Below are positions 39,306-49,010 of a stretch of DNA of 64,000 bases, in pieces. The translations under genes and the position numbers were made by a program. The notes under the pieces are model-generated. The model was not told the origin of the DNA. It ran no database searches and saw only the letters and a list, made by a program, of their open reading frames with translations. The number at the start of each line of letters is the position of its first letter. The stretch's first letter is position 1. Location of the stretch: the NCBI GenBank assembly GCA_021325135.1, contig JAJPHT010000022.1, positions 41,570 to 105,569 on the forward strand. The letters run 5' to 3'. This DNA comes from Pseudomonadota bacterium (GTDB taxonomy: Archaea > Thermoplasmatota > SW-10-69-26 > JACQPN01 > JAJPHT01).

Positions 39306-40310
39306 CTATCGCGGGACGCCCAGGTCGTCGGGCTCGTCCTCGGCGAGGACCGCGGCGCCGACGTCCTTTCTGGGGATGGCGGCCTGCTGGAGGAGGCGCT
39401 GGGTGACGAGGATGGGCGCGCCGACGCGGACGGCCAGGGCGATGCCGTCGCTGGGGCGGGCGTCGAAGCGGCGGCGGAAGGTCACGCCGTCGCGCTCCAC
39501 CTCCAGGGCGAGCACGGCGAAGAAGGTGTCCGTCGCCTCCTGGAAATCGTCGATGAGGACGTGCTCCACGATGGCGCCCAGCTCGTTGAGGATCTGCGAG
39601 AAGAGGTCGTGCGTGAAGGGGCGCGGCGTCAATTGGCCATCCAGGGCAAGCTGGATGCTCATGGCCTGCGCCTGGTCGATGCTCATGGCGAGGACGTGCT
39701 CGCTCCAGGGGCCCGGCTGCGTCGCGGAGAGGAACACGCGCACGCCGTCCGAGGTCGTGTAGACGCCCTCCACCTGCACGCGCACGAGGTCGCCCGTCGC
39801 GGGCTCGGGCACCTCGCCGCGCGCGAGGGGGCGCGTCGCGAGGCCCTGCGCGTCCTGCTCCGCCGCCAGCGCGTCGAGGCGCTGGTCGTGGGGCACGCCC
39901 GCCGCGCGGAGCACCTTCGCGTGCGCGTAGATGGGGCAGCGCGTGCGCGCCGCCAAGGCCAGGCAGTCGCTGGGCCGCGCGTCGATCCATCGGCGGCGCT
40001 CCTGCGCGCCCAGGTGGTCCACCGCGATCTGGCCGTAGAACGTAGTCTGCTCCAGGTCCTCCACCACGATCTCGCCCACGCGCGCGCCCAGGGCGTCGAG
40101 CACGCGGCAGAGGAGGTCGTGCGTCGTGGGCCGCGTGGGCGCCACGCCGTGCAGGCCCAGCTGGATGTTGTGCGCCTGCACGGGGTCGATCCAGATGGGG
40201 AGGTCGGTCCCGGCGCCGCGGGCGTCCTTGGCGGAGAGGATGACGACCGGCGGACCCTGCGCGGCCTGGAAGACGCCGAGGATCTCCATGCGCGTGCGGT
40301 CGCCGCTCAT
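39306..40310 (-). CDS. Bifunctional nuclease (DUF151) protein with two tandem domains
   Basis: RP.THDL and DARPSD..ALA each occur twice. Confidence 0.88.
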   Translation of the reverse strand: MSGDRTRMEILGVFQAAQGPPVVILSAKDARGAGTDLPIWIDPVQAHNIQLGLHGVAPTRPTTHDLLCRVLDALGARVGEIVVEDLEQTTFYGQIAVDHLGAQERRRWIDARPSDCLALAARTRCPIYAHAKVLRAAGVPHDQRLDALAAEQDAQGLATRPLARGEVPEPATGDLVRVQVEGVYTTSDGVRVFLSATQPGPWSEHVLAMSIDQAQAMSIQLALDGQLTPRPFTHDLFSQILNELGAIVEHVLIDDFQEATDTFFAVLALEVERDGVTFRRRFDARPSDGIALAVRVGAPILVTQRLLQQAAIPRKDVGAAVLAEDEPDDLGVPR

Positions 40311-40386
40311 GCCGCCCGCCAACGGGGGGTCCTCGGCATAAGCGTTCGTGGCAGACGAGACGCCGCGCTCGCTGAGCTTCGCTCAG

Positions 40387-40461
40387 CGAGCGCGGCGGGA
40401 TTCGAACCCGCGACCCCTGGCTTAGAAGGCCAGTGCACTATCCGGACTGTGCTACGCGCCC
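40387..40461 (-). tRNA. tRNA-Arg (anticodon UCU), no intron, CCA not encoded
   Basis: Acceptor GGGCGCG/CGCGCTC; anticodon arm CTGGC-CTTCTAA-GCCAG; GGTTCGAATCC T arm. Confidence 0.96.
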
Positions 40462-40599
40462 CGTGGGGACGCACCAGCGGAGCGGGTCCCTCGCCTTGAG
40501 CCTTCGGAGGCCGAACCGGCCTCGCCTCATTCCCCTCAGGCACAATCCATACCTATTTCAAGGAAGGGTTGGCGAAACGGGAGGGAAAGGTATCCAGCC

Positions 40600-41322
40600 A
40601 TGGGACTTGCGACGACGGGCATCGCCGGCCTCGACGCCCAGCTGGGCGGGGGCATCCCGAGGGGCACGACGCTCCTCCTCATCGGCGAGCCTGGCAACGC
40701 CATCCCGCTCTTCAGCGAGCAGTTCGCGGGAGGCGGCCTCGACACGGGGGAGGACGTGCACTTCTTCGAGTTCGACCGGCCCGTCAACGAGCTTCGCAAG
40801 AGCATCGGCTCCTACGTCATGCGCGGCAACGAGGAGAAGGCTCAGCTCACCCTCTACGACGGCTACGCGCCCAGCTTCGCCTCCGCGCGCAGCGTGAAGC
40901 TCCGCGAGGCCAACGCCAGCCCCGTCCACCCCGCGCAGGCCCTTGCGACCTGCATGGGCGCGCTCCAGGGAGTGGGCGCCAAGCCGTACCGCGTCGTCGT
41001 CGAGACGCTGTCTTCCCTGGCGCGCCCCGACAACGAGCGCGAGCTTGTCGAGTTCTTCCGCAACCTCGTCTTCATGGGCCAGGAGCTCGGAGGCATGCAC
41101 CTCGTGAGCATCGTGAAGGGCCTCCACAGCGCCGCCTTCGAGACGCAGATGCGCCACCTCGCCGGCGGCGTCATCGAGTTCGGCGCCGAGCGCAAGGGGT
41201 TCGGCATCTACAACTACCTCGTCGTCTCCAAGCTCCTCAACGTCAAGGACCCCACCCGCATCCTCCTCTGGAAGGAGACCGAGAAGGGGCTCTGGCTGGA
41301 GAGCACGAAACGCGTCTTCTGA
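40600..41322 (+). CDS. KaiC/RAD55/ArlH-like RecA-fold protein with degenerate Walker motifs
   Basis: TGI.GLD..LGGGIPRG..LL.GEPG start, but GEPGNAIP replaces GxPGxGKT and VVET replaces hhDS. Confidence 0.85.
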   Translation: MGLATTGIAGLDAQLGGGIPRGTTLLLIGEPGNAIPLFSEQFAGGGLDTGEDVHFFEFDRPVNELRKSIGSYVMRGNEEKAQLTLYDGYAPSFASARSVKLREANASPVHPAQALATCMGALQGVGAKPYRVVVETLSSLARPDNERELVEFFRNLVFMGQELGGMHLVSIVKGLHSAAFETQMRHLAGGVIEFGAERKGFGIYNYLVVSKLLNVKDPTRILLWKETEKGLWLESTKRVF

Positions 41323-41596
41323 GCTTCGCTCGCGGAGGGGCCTCTGCTCGCGCTCCCGATGGGTGGGGCCTTTGTGGGGCTCGCAACGAGGGAGGGCCCT
41401 CAGGCGCGGGGCGGCGCGCCGCTTCCGGAGGGGGTCCTTTGGGAAGGTTCGACGGGGATATCCGCCCTGGCGGGCCGTCAGATCGCCGGAGTGCAGGGGC
41501 GCGGGAGGGGTCCCCTGGGATGACTCCCCGGGACTGGGGCGGTTGGGCGAAAGGAGACCTTTTATAATTCCTGTTTGAGGAAAACCCTCCGCAGCC

Positions 41597-42766
41597 ATGA
41601 CCCTGGAGGCGACGTCGGAGGACCGCAACCCGTCGCGAGGGCTGCTGGGGGACGAGGGCGTGAGCCCCGTCATCGGCATGATCCTCGTGCTCGCCATCTC
41701 CATCGTGGGGATCGCGGCCATCCTGTACTGGGGCCTTCCCGCCATCGACGAGATGAAGGCCAACGTCGAGCACCGCTCGGTGCAGAGCCAGTTCCAGGAC
41801 CTGGACAGCACGCTCAAGGAGCTCGTCGCCGGCACGACGGAGAAGACCGCCAAGCGCTGGCAGCCCACCATCAACCGCGGCGAGATCGTCGTGCGGAACA
41901 ACACCGAGCCGTGGCTCTTCGCGACCGACGGCTACCAGTCGGACGCCGTCAACGGCAAGGCCTACGACTTCGGCTGGTGGGGCTTCACCGACGGCGACAA
42001 CACCTTCACCGTCCACAACAACGCGACGTTCAACATCCCCTCGGCGCAGGTCTTCGGCTACAGCGTCGGCGCGGGCGCCTCGCTCACGCAGTTCAACCTC
42101 TCCGGGCCCGGCGACGCCAACGGCGTGCAGAACGCCTCCGTCACCAACTGGGGCGCGAACACGTCCATCAGCTTCCGCGCCTACCTCATGAACAGCGCGA
42201 CCTCCATGGGCCTGAACGGCGGGCCGTTCTACTTCAAGGTCTACAACGGCACGCAGCTGGTCGCCCAGGCGTGGTACGTCAACACGTCGCGCATCGACTA
42301 CTCGCTCCACGCGGGCGTCTCCGAGCGCTCGGTCACGGAGAACAACGGCGCCGTCATCTCCAGCGTCTCGGGCTCCTACACGCTCCTCAACGCGCCCTCC
42401 ATCCCGCCCCCCACGAACACCAGCGGCTCGCACCGCTTCTTCGCGCGCGCCCTCGTGCTCAACGGCTCCTCGGGCTTCGCGGGCAACAACCAGTTCGACC
42501 TCCTCGTCAGCCTCTACTCGACCTCCGTCCTGGCCAGCTACGACTGCGCGGCCACCGACCACAGCGACTGCGTGGCCTCCGCGAAGATCACGGACTTCGG
42601 CACGCTCCAGGCGCCCTGGTACGCGTACCTCAGCGATCCCAACCGCGGCTACGGCAGCCTCGTCCAGAAGACGGAGTACGGCAACACCGCCGTGAAGTAC
42701 CTCGAAGACCGCCAGGCGTACATGGGCTACACGCTGATCGAATCGGCCCTCAACCTCTCCGGGTGA
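41597..42766 (+). CDS. Archaeal type IV pilin-like protein (class III signal peptide)
   Basis: DEG|VSPVIGMILVLAI hydrophobic helix; many sequons. Confidence 0.85.
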   Translation: MTLEATSEDRNPSRGLLGDEGVSPVIGMILVLAISIVGIAAILYWGLPAIDEMKANVEHRSVQSQFQDLDSTLKELVAGTTEKTAKRWQPTINRGEIVVRNNTEPWLFATDGYQSDAVNGKAYDFGWWGFTDGDNTFTVHNNATFNIPSAQVFGYSVGAGASLTQFNLSGPGDANGVQNASVTNWGANTSISFRAYLMNSATSMGLNGGPFYFKVYNGTQLVAQAWYVNTSRIDYSLHAGVSERSVTENNGAVISSVSGSYTLLNAPSIPPPTNTSGSHRFFARALVLNGSSGFAGNNQFDLLVSLYSTSVLASYDCAATDHSDCVASAKITDFGTLQAPWYAYLSDPNRGYGSLVQKTEYGNTAVKYLEDRQAYMGYTLIESALNLSG

Positions 42767-42769
42767 CGC

Positions 42770-43243
42770 ATGAGACGAGCGATGGACGACTCGGGCACCT
42801 CCGAAGTCATCGGCTTCATCCTCAGCTTCGCCCTGAGCTCCATCTTCCTCCTCATCGCGCTCTCCACCTACCACCAGGCCAGCGACAACACCGACGGCGT
42901 CGTCACCGGCGTCGAGCTCAAGGCGGTCGCCGACCGCATCGCGACGCGCGTCGTGGACGCCGGCCTCATCGGGCAGGAGTTCCCCAACGCGAGCCTCAAC
43001 ATCACCATGGACCTGCCGCAGACGGCCAACGGCCACTCCTACCTGGTCACGGCCAACGCGTCCACCATCAGCGTCGCGGCGACCGACGGCACGGTCTCCG
43101 CCTCCTCGACCACGTTCAAGCTGGACGCGGTGTCCGGCGTCACCGTCTCCGGGTCGGTCTACTCGACCCAGGAGCGCATCGTCATCACCTACAGCCTCCA
43201 GAACGGGGGCTCGACCAAGCAGATCGTCATCCACGGGGCATGA
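42770..43243 (+). CDS. Archaeal type IV pilin-like protein
   Basis: DDSG|TSEVIGFILSFAL. Confidence 0.85.
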   Translation: MRRAMDDSGTSEVIGFILSFALSSIFLLIALSTYHQASDNTDGVVTGVELKAVADRIATRVVDAGLIGQEFPNASLNITMDLPQTANGHSYLVTANASTISVAATDGTVSASSTTFKLDAVSGVTVSGSVYSTQERIVITYSLQNGGSTKQIVIHGA

Positions 43244-45438
43244 ACATGGAAACGCAGATTCCCTTCCCGAAGTTCGTCCAGGGCCTCAAGGACGCCGGCG
43301 CGTCCATCACGGGCGCGCAGCTCCTGGCGGACCCCAACGGCTCGTGGCGCGGCCTCTCCCGCGAGGTCCGCGCCCGCTGGCTCGCGGAGGCGCAGATCGC
43401 CGCGGACCCCGACGCGGTCGAGCTGCGCACCGGCAAGCTGCCCGACGCGAAGAAGAGCCTCGACGCGATCCTCGTCATCCTCTCGTACCCCGAGCCCTCC
43501 GCGCAAGGCGCCGCCCCCGCCCCCGCGCCGGAGCCCGCCAAGAAGTCGCGCAAGCCCAAGGCGAAGGCCAAGGGCAAGGTCGAGTCCCACGAGCAGACGC
43601 CCGTCCATGCTCCCGCGCCGCCCCCCGCGCCCGAGGCGCAGGCCCCCGCCCCGGAGCCTGCCCCCGCGCCGGAGCCCGCGCCCGCCCCCGAGGCGCCCGC
43701 GGCGAAGGGCATCAAGGGTCTCTTCGGCAAGCTCACCGGCGGCGCCAAGAAGGAGGCGCCCGCGGCGGCCGCGCCCACGAGCGTCACCGAGATCCCGCCT
43801 CCGCCCGAGGACTCCGACCAGGTCGAGGTCTACGCGGTGCAGGAGCCCTACGCCTACGTGCGCATCCTCTTCCACAAGGAGAAGAAGGAGCACCGCTACG
43901 AGGTCATCGAGCCGCCCCTCACCGAGCGCGAGCGGAGCATCCTCGACTTCATCGAGAACACCATGATCGACGTGATCGAGGTGGGCCTGGCCGCGATCAC
44001 GAAGGAGCAGGCCGCGACCATGCTGCGCAAGCACGTGGACGAGGTCATCTACGACTACAGCATCTCGCTGACCGCCCTCGCGCGCGAGAAGGTGCTCTAC
44101 TACATCCTGCGCGACTTCCTGGGGTTCGGCAAGCTCGACCCCATCATGCGCGACGAGTTCATCGAGGACGTCTCGTGCGACGGCCCCGGCACGCCCATCT
44201 TCCTCTACCACCGGAAGTACGAGTCCATCCGCAGCACGGTGGTCTACCCCACCGACGAGGAGCTTGACAGCTACGTCATCAAGATGGCGCAGCGCTCGGG
44301 CAAGTCGGTGTCCATCGCGGAGCCCCTCCTCGACGCCACGCTTCCGGACGGCTCGCGTCTCAACGCCACGCTCTCCGACGAGGTGACGGACGGCGGCTCG
44401 ACGTTCACCATCCGCAAGTTCAAGGAGGACCCGTTCACGCTGCCCGACCTCATCCGGTTCGGCACCATGAGCGACGACCTCCTCGCCTACTGGTGGCTTG
44501 CGGTGCAGAACGGCGCCAGCGCCATCTACGCGGGCGGCACGGCGTCGGGCAAGACGACGAGCCTCAACGCCATCCTCCTGTTCATCCCGCCGCAGATGAA
44601 GATCGTCAGCATCGAGGACACGCGCGAGGTCAACATCCCCCACGAGAACTGGATCGCGGGCGTCACGCGCGCCGGCTTCGGGCCCCGCGACAACAACGGC
44701 CGCCAGGCGGGCGAAATCGACATGTTCTCGCTCCTGAAGGCCGCGCTGCGTCAGCGCCCCGAGTACATCCTCGTGGGTGAGGTGCGTGGCCAGGAGGCCA
44801 CCGCGCTCTTCCAGGCCATGGCCACGGGCCACACGGCCTACGGCACGATGCACGCGGACTCCACCGAGGCGGTCATCCACCGCCTGGAGAGCGAGCCCAT
44901 CAGCATCCCGCGCTCGCTGCTGGAGGCGCTCGACGTCGTGTCCATCCAGATCCAGACGCGCATCGGCGACCGCCGCGTGCGCCGCACCAAGGAGCTGGTG
45001 GAGATCGTCGGCCTCGACCCGCACACGCGCGAGATCCTCACCAACGAGGTGTTCCGGTGGGACTCCGCGACGGACACGTTCGAGTTCAGCGGCGTCTCCT
45101 ACGTCCTGGAGCGCATCCAGATGGAGCGCAACATGACGGAGTCCGACATGCGCGACGAGTTCAACCGCCGCAAGCGGATCCTCCGCTACATGGTGGACAA
45201 CAACGTGCGCAGCCTGGAGGAGGTCGGGCGCATCATCGCGACGTACTACCGCGACCCCGAGTCCGTCGTCGCCATGATCGAGGGCCGCGACACGCCCGAG
45301 GCGCAGCGCGCGGCCGAGGTCGTCGCCGCGGTGGCCGCCACCTCGGGCCCCAAGCCGCTCGTCGTCGAGGCGGAGCAGGCGACCGACTTCCCGGAGGTGC
45401 CCTTCCCGGGCGAGGAGAGCGGGTCCGATGGTCCTTAA
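43240..45438 (+). CDS. Type IV pilus/archaellum-type assembly ATPase (PilB/ArlI/VirB11 family)
   Basis: IEDVSCDG, GGTASGKTT, IEDTRE, ALRQRPEY..VGEVRG.E, TGH...TMHA; Pro/Ala-rich N-terminal linker. Confidence 0.95.
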   Translation: MNMETQIPFPKFVQGLKDAGASITGAQLLADPNGSWRGLSREVRARWLAEAQIAADPDAVELRTGKLPDAKKSLDAILVILSYPEPSAQGAAPAPAPEPAKKSRKPKAKAKGKVESHEQTPVHAPAPPPAPEAQAPAPEPAPAPEPAPAPEAPAAKGIKGLFGKLTGGAKKEAPAAAAPTSVTEIPPPPEDSDQVEVYAVQEPYAYVRILFHKEKKEHRYEVIEPPLTERERSILDFIENTMIDVIEVGLAAITKEQAATMLRKHVDEVIYDYSISLTALAREKVLYYILRDFLGFGKLDPIMRDEFIEDVSCDGPGTPIFLYHRKYESIRSTVVYPTDEELDSYVIKMAQRSGKSVSIAEPLLDATLPDGSRLNATLSDEVTDGGSTFTIRKFKEDPFTLPDLIRFGTMSDDLLAYWWLAVQNGASAIYAGGTASGKTTSLNAILLFIPPQMKIVSIEDTREVNIPHENWIAGVTRAGFGPRDNNGRQAGEIDMFSLLKAALRQRPEYILVGEVRGQEATALFQAMATGHTAYGTMHADSTEAVIHRLESEPISIPRSLLEALDVVSIQIQTRIGDRRVRRTKELVEIVGLDPHTREILTNEVFRWDSATDTFEFSGVSYVLERIQMERNMTESDMRDEFNRRKRILRYMVDNNVRSLEEVGRIIATYYRDPESVVAMIEGRDTPEAQRAAEVVAAVAATSGPKPLVVEAEQATDFPEVPFPGEESGSDGP

Positions 45439-46306
45439 CGAGTTCCAGCGCGTCTCCTACAAGGTCTTCGGAGGCGCCGCGGTCCGCGGCATGAAGCTCC
45501 AGAAGCTGGAGAGCGACCTGCGCAAGGCGCGCCTGGGCGTCCGCGCCGAGGCCTACATGGCGACGACGCTCGCCTTCTCCGTCATCAGCGGGCTCTTCGG
45601 CCTCGTCATCAGCGCGTTCGTCTTCTTCGTCCTCGTGCCCGTGGCGCTCCCCCACGCGCCCAAGGTCCTCCTCGTCTTCTTCCCCGTCGTGCCCCTCATC
45701 ATGGCCGCGATGTGCTACGCGACCCTCGTGGCCGCGCCCGCCAGCAAGGCCAAGAGCCGCGCGAAGAACATCGACCAGCGCGTGCCCTACGCGCTCAACT
45801 ACATCAGCGCCATGGCCGGCGCGGGCGTGAACATCGACCAGGTGTTCCGCAGCCTCGGCGAGCAGGAGAAGGTCTACGGCGAGTGCGCCAAGGAGGCGCA
45901 GGCCATCTACCGCGACATGGCGTACTTCGGCAAGGACTCCGTGACGGCCATGAAGCGCGCCATCGAGCGCAGCCCCTCCGACAAGTGGCAGGAGTTCCTC
46001 CAGGGCGCCATCACGACCGTCACCAGCGGCGGCAACCTCCAGCTCTACTTCGCCAGCAAGGCGGAGCGCTTCATGTGGGAGAACCGCCAGAACCAGAAGG
46101 CGTTCGTCGACCTCATGGGCCTCATGGCCGAGACCTACGTCACGGCCGCCGTGGCCGGCCCCCTCTTCCTCATCGTGATGATGAGCATCATGGGCATGCT
46201 GGGCGGCGGCGGGCCCGGCTCGCTCTACCTCATCGTCTACATGATGCTCCCCGCGGCGAACTTCGGCTTCGCCTTCGCGCTGACCGCCATGACCCCGGAG
46301 GTGTGA
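45428..46306 (+). CDS. TadC/ArlJ (T2SSF) membrane platform protein
   Basis: R..NID..VPYALNY...MA.AG, SPS..W.EFL, L.L.AE.YV. Confidence 0.9.
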   Translation: MVLNEFQRVSYKVFGGAAVRGMKLQKLESDLRKARLGVRAEAYMATTLAFSVISGLFGLVISAFVFFVLVPVALPHAPKVLLVFFPVVPLIMAAMCYATLVAAPASKAKSRAKNIDQRVPYALNYISAMAGAGVNIDQVFRSLGEQEKVYGECAKEAQAIYRDMAYFGKDSVTAMKRAIERSPSDKWQEFLQGAITTVTSGGNLQLYFASKAERFMWENRQNQKAFVDLMGLMAETYVTAAVAGPLFLIVMMSIMGMLGGGGPGSLYLIVYMMLPAANFGFAFALTAMTPEV

Positions 46307-46309
46307 GAC

Positions 46310-48814
46310 GTGGACCGCAAGAAGATGGAATACCTCGCGCTGGCCGGCATGGGCGTCGGCCTCGTGGGCGCGATCCTGGGCGCCGTGCCCGCGATGCGCC
46401 TGCTCTCCCCCTTCGCGCTGGCCGCCGGCGTCGGCCTCGTGGCGCTCCACGGGTGGATGCTGGGCCGCCTCGCGCCCTCGGAGCGCCAGGAGAGCGACGA
46501 CGAGCGCTTCCAGCGCGAGCTGGCGCTCAACGCCTCCAGCATCTTCCTCTCCGTCGTCTTCCTGCTCCTGGCGCTCGTGGAGGTCCTCGCGATCCCCGCG
46601 ACGCTGGGCTACCTCGTCGTGCTTGACGCCCTGGGCCTCCAGCTCATCGCGTTCTACCCGGTGATCACGGCGGGCCTCCTCTGCACGCTGGCCGGCGCGG
46701 CGCTCCTCGCGGGGCGCGGCCACGGCGGCGCGCGCTTGACGAGCCAGCAGCGCGCGGGCGCGCAGGCCGCCCTGGGCCTCACGGGCGCCTTCGTGCTCGC
46801 CGGCCTCCTCGTGGGCGTGGGCGCGGGCCGGCCGCTGGACATCCAGCCCGAGCGCGCGGTCTTCCTCATCGCGGCGAGCCTCGTCTCGCTCTTCTTCTTC
46901 CTGCGCTCGTGGCTGGCGCTCCCCTCGTACTCGCAGGTCACCGAGTGGCTGGAGAACGAGGACCGCCTCAAGGACTCGGGCCTCCTGCGCAAGGTGGCCC
47001 TCTCCATGCTGGGCCTCGCGGCGGTGGGCATCGTGCTCTCGCTGGTCCCCATGTTCGGCGTGCTGCCGCGCAAGGCGGGCATCGCGGGCACGGGCGTCGC
47101 CATGCTGACGCTCCTCTTCGCCACGTTCAACGTCGGCGTCTCCCACGTCGTGCCCTTCGCGGGCCTCTCGGGCGATGCCGCCGACGAGCGCCGCAAGCGC
47201 CGCGTCATCCTCTCGGCCGCGAGCATCGTGCTCAACGTGCTCGCCCTCGCCGTGGGCATCCTCACCATTCTGGCGTTCTTCGCGCAGGTGGGCGGCGTCG
47301 TCATCTTCCGCTCGCTCCTGGCCGCCTTCGTCGCGAGCTACCCGGCCATCTTCGCCGCGGTGTTCCTCGCCCTGGGCGCCGTCGTCGCGGTGCGCATGCG
47401 CATCCGCAGCGACCTCGCCTACTCGGACAAGCTCAAGGCCCTCGCGCTGGGCATGGCGACGCTCGTGCTGGTGCTGGGCTTCTTCGGCATCTTCATCGGC
47501 AGCGGCCTCGCGGAGGGCAGCGGCATCGAGATCGAGAACGCGGTCCTCGCCCTGGGCGCGGCCGTCGTGTGCCTCATCCAGTTCGTCAAGGCCCGCACGC
47601 TGCTGCCCGGCGTCGTGGGCATGATCCGCGACTCCATCAAGTCCAGCGCCCAGGCCGACAAGAGCCAGCAGGCCAGCATCAAGAACCGCATGATCGCGAC
47701 CTACGTCACGGCCCTGGTGTTCGTCCTGGGCTTCGTGGCGTTCGTCGCGGCCACGACGCTTGGCGCCATCCCCTCGCCCAAGTCGAGCCTGGGGACGGAC
47801 GTGGGCTTCTTCGTCTACCTCCTGGGCGGCATCGCGCTCCTGGTCGTCGTCGTGATGCGCTACTTCCAGAGCGTCAACATCGACCAGCGCTGGCAGAAGC
47901 GCGCGACCGACGAGGAGAGCGCCATCGGCAAGAAGCGCCTCACCTCCCAGCAGGTGCAGCGCTACCTCATCCTGGGCTTCTCCTTCGGCATCGCGGGCGC
48001 CCTCGCCCTCATGGGCCTCCTCGTCACGCTGGACAAGGTCCACCAGCTGGGCCCCCTGCCCCTGGCCAAGAAGTACGGCACGGACTTCTTCGTCTTCGCC
48101 ATCCTCATCGGCCTGGGCCCCTACGGCTGGTACTCGGCGCGCGAGGCCAACCGCATCGAGGCCATCGACCAGAAGTTCCCCGAGTTCCTGCGCGACCTCG
48201 CCGAGTCCCAGCGCGCGGGCATGACGCTCACCGAGGCCGTCATCACGGCGAGCAAGGGCAACTACGGCGTCCTCTCCAGCGAGATCCGCAAGATGGCGGC
48301 GCAGATCCAGTGGGGCGTCTCGTTCCCCAGCGCGCTGGAGCGCTTCGCCGCGCGCGTGAACACGCCCCTCATCCGCCGCACCGTGAGCCTGGTCATCCAG
48401 GCGTCCAACGCGGGCGGCAACACCGTGGACGTGCTCACCGCGGCGGCGGACGACGCGCGCGAGATCCAGCAGATCGTGAAGGAGCGCAAGCAGTCGATGA
48501 GCATCTACCTGATGATCATCTACATCGCCTTCGCCGTCTTCGTGGGCGTCATCGCCGTGCTCAACGCGCAGTTCATCCCCGAGGTCGCCAAGGCCGTGAG
48601 CAAGGCCGACGGCGTGAGCATCGGCGGCCTGCACTTCCGCAAGTTCGACCAGGACGACTTCAAGACGCTCTTCTTCCACGCCGCGGTCATCCAGGGCCTG
48701 GGCGGCGGGATCGTGGGCGGCATCATGTCGGGCGGGAAGCCCGTGCAAGGGTTGAGGCACAGCTTCATCCTCGTCTTCCTGGCGTGGGTGCTCTTCCGGA
48801 TCGTCATCGGGTGA
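46310..48814 (+). CDS. Second TadC/ArlJ protein with large polytopic N-terminal extension
   Basis: C-terminal FPEFLRDLAE....GM.L..A...YG.L..EI T2SSF domain preceded by ~580 aa of TM segments. Confidence 0.88.
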   Translation: MDRKKMEYLALAGMGVGLVGAILGAVPAMRLLSPFALAAGVGLVALHGWMLGRLAPSERQESDDERFQRELALNASSIFLSVVFLLLALVEVLAIPATLGYLVVLDALGLQLIAFYPVITAGLLCTLAGAALLAGRGHGGARLTSQQRAGAQAALGLTGAFVLAGLLVGVGAGRPLDIQPERAVFLIAASLVSLFFFLRSWLALPSYSQVTEWLENEDRLKDSGLLRKVALSMLGLAAVGIVLSLVPMFGVLPRKAGIAGTGVAMLTLLFATFNVGVSHVVPFAGLSGDAADERRKRRVILSAASIVLNVLALAVGILTILAFFAQVGGVVIFRSLLAAFVASYPAIFAAVFLALGAVVAVRMRIRSDLAYSDKLKALALGMATLVLVLGFFGIFIGSGLAEGSGIEIENAVLALGAAVVCLIQFVKARTLLPGVVGMIRDSIKSSAQADKSQQASIKNRMIATYVTALVFVLGFVAFVAATTLGAIPSPKSSLGTDVGFFVYLLGGIALLVVVVMRYFQSVNIDQRWQKRATDEESAIGKKRLTSQQVQRYLILGFSFGIAGALALMGLLVTLDKVHQLGPLPLAKKYGTDFFVFAILIGLGPYGWYSAREANRIEAIDQKFPEFLRDLAESQRAGMTLTEAVITASKGNYGVLSSEIRKMAAQIQWGVSFPSALERFAARVNTPLIRRTVSLVIQASNAGGNTVDVLTAAADDAREIQQIVKERKQSMSIYLMIIYIAFAVFVGVIAVLNAQFIPEVAKAVSKADGVSIGGLHFRKFDQDDFKTLFFHAAVIQGLGGGIVGGIMSGGKPVQGLRHSFILVFLAWVLFRIVIG

Positions 48815-48840
48815 GGGAAAAAATGACAGACTGCCAGACG

Positions 48841-48989
48841 TCGTCGGCCGCGCCGCAGCGCGGCCAAAAGGGGGGTTTCAGGGGGGCTCGCCCCCCTGAC
48901 GTCTCGTCTGGTGAGCCGACGCTCTTCCCGTCAGGGGGCTGCGCCCCCTGAAACCCCCGCGGGTAGCCGCGCTGCGGCGCGGCCGACGA
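48841..48989. repeat. REPIN/MITE-like element, copy C, inside the pilus operon
   Basis: Arms 48841-48902 and 48929-48989. Confidence 0.9.
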
Positions 48990-49010
48990 TCGGGTGATCA
49001 TGGTCAACTG

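Noticed and set aside
41597-46306. Archaellum operon
   Set aside because: No archaellin signature or arlCDEFG; two TadC-like genes and multiple minor pilins fit a pilus
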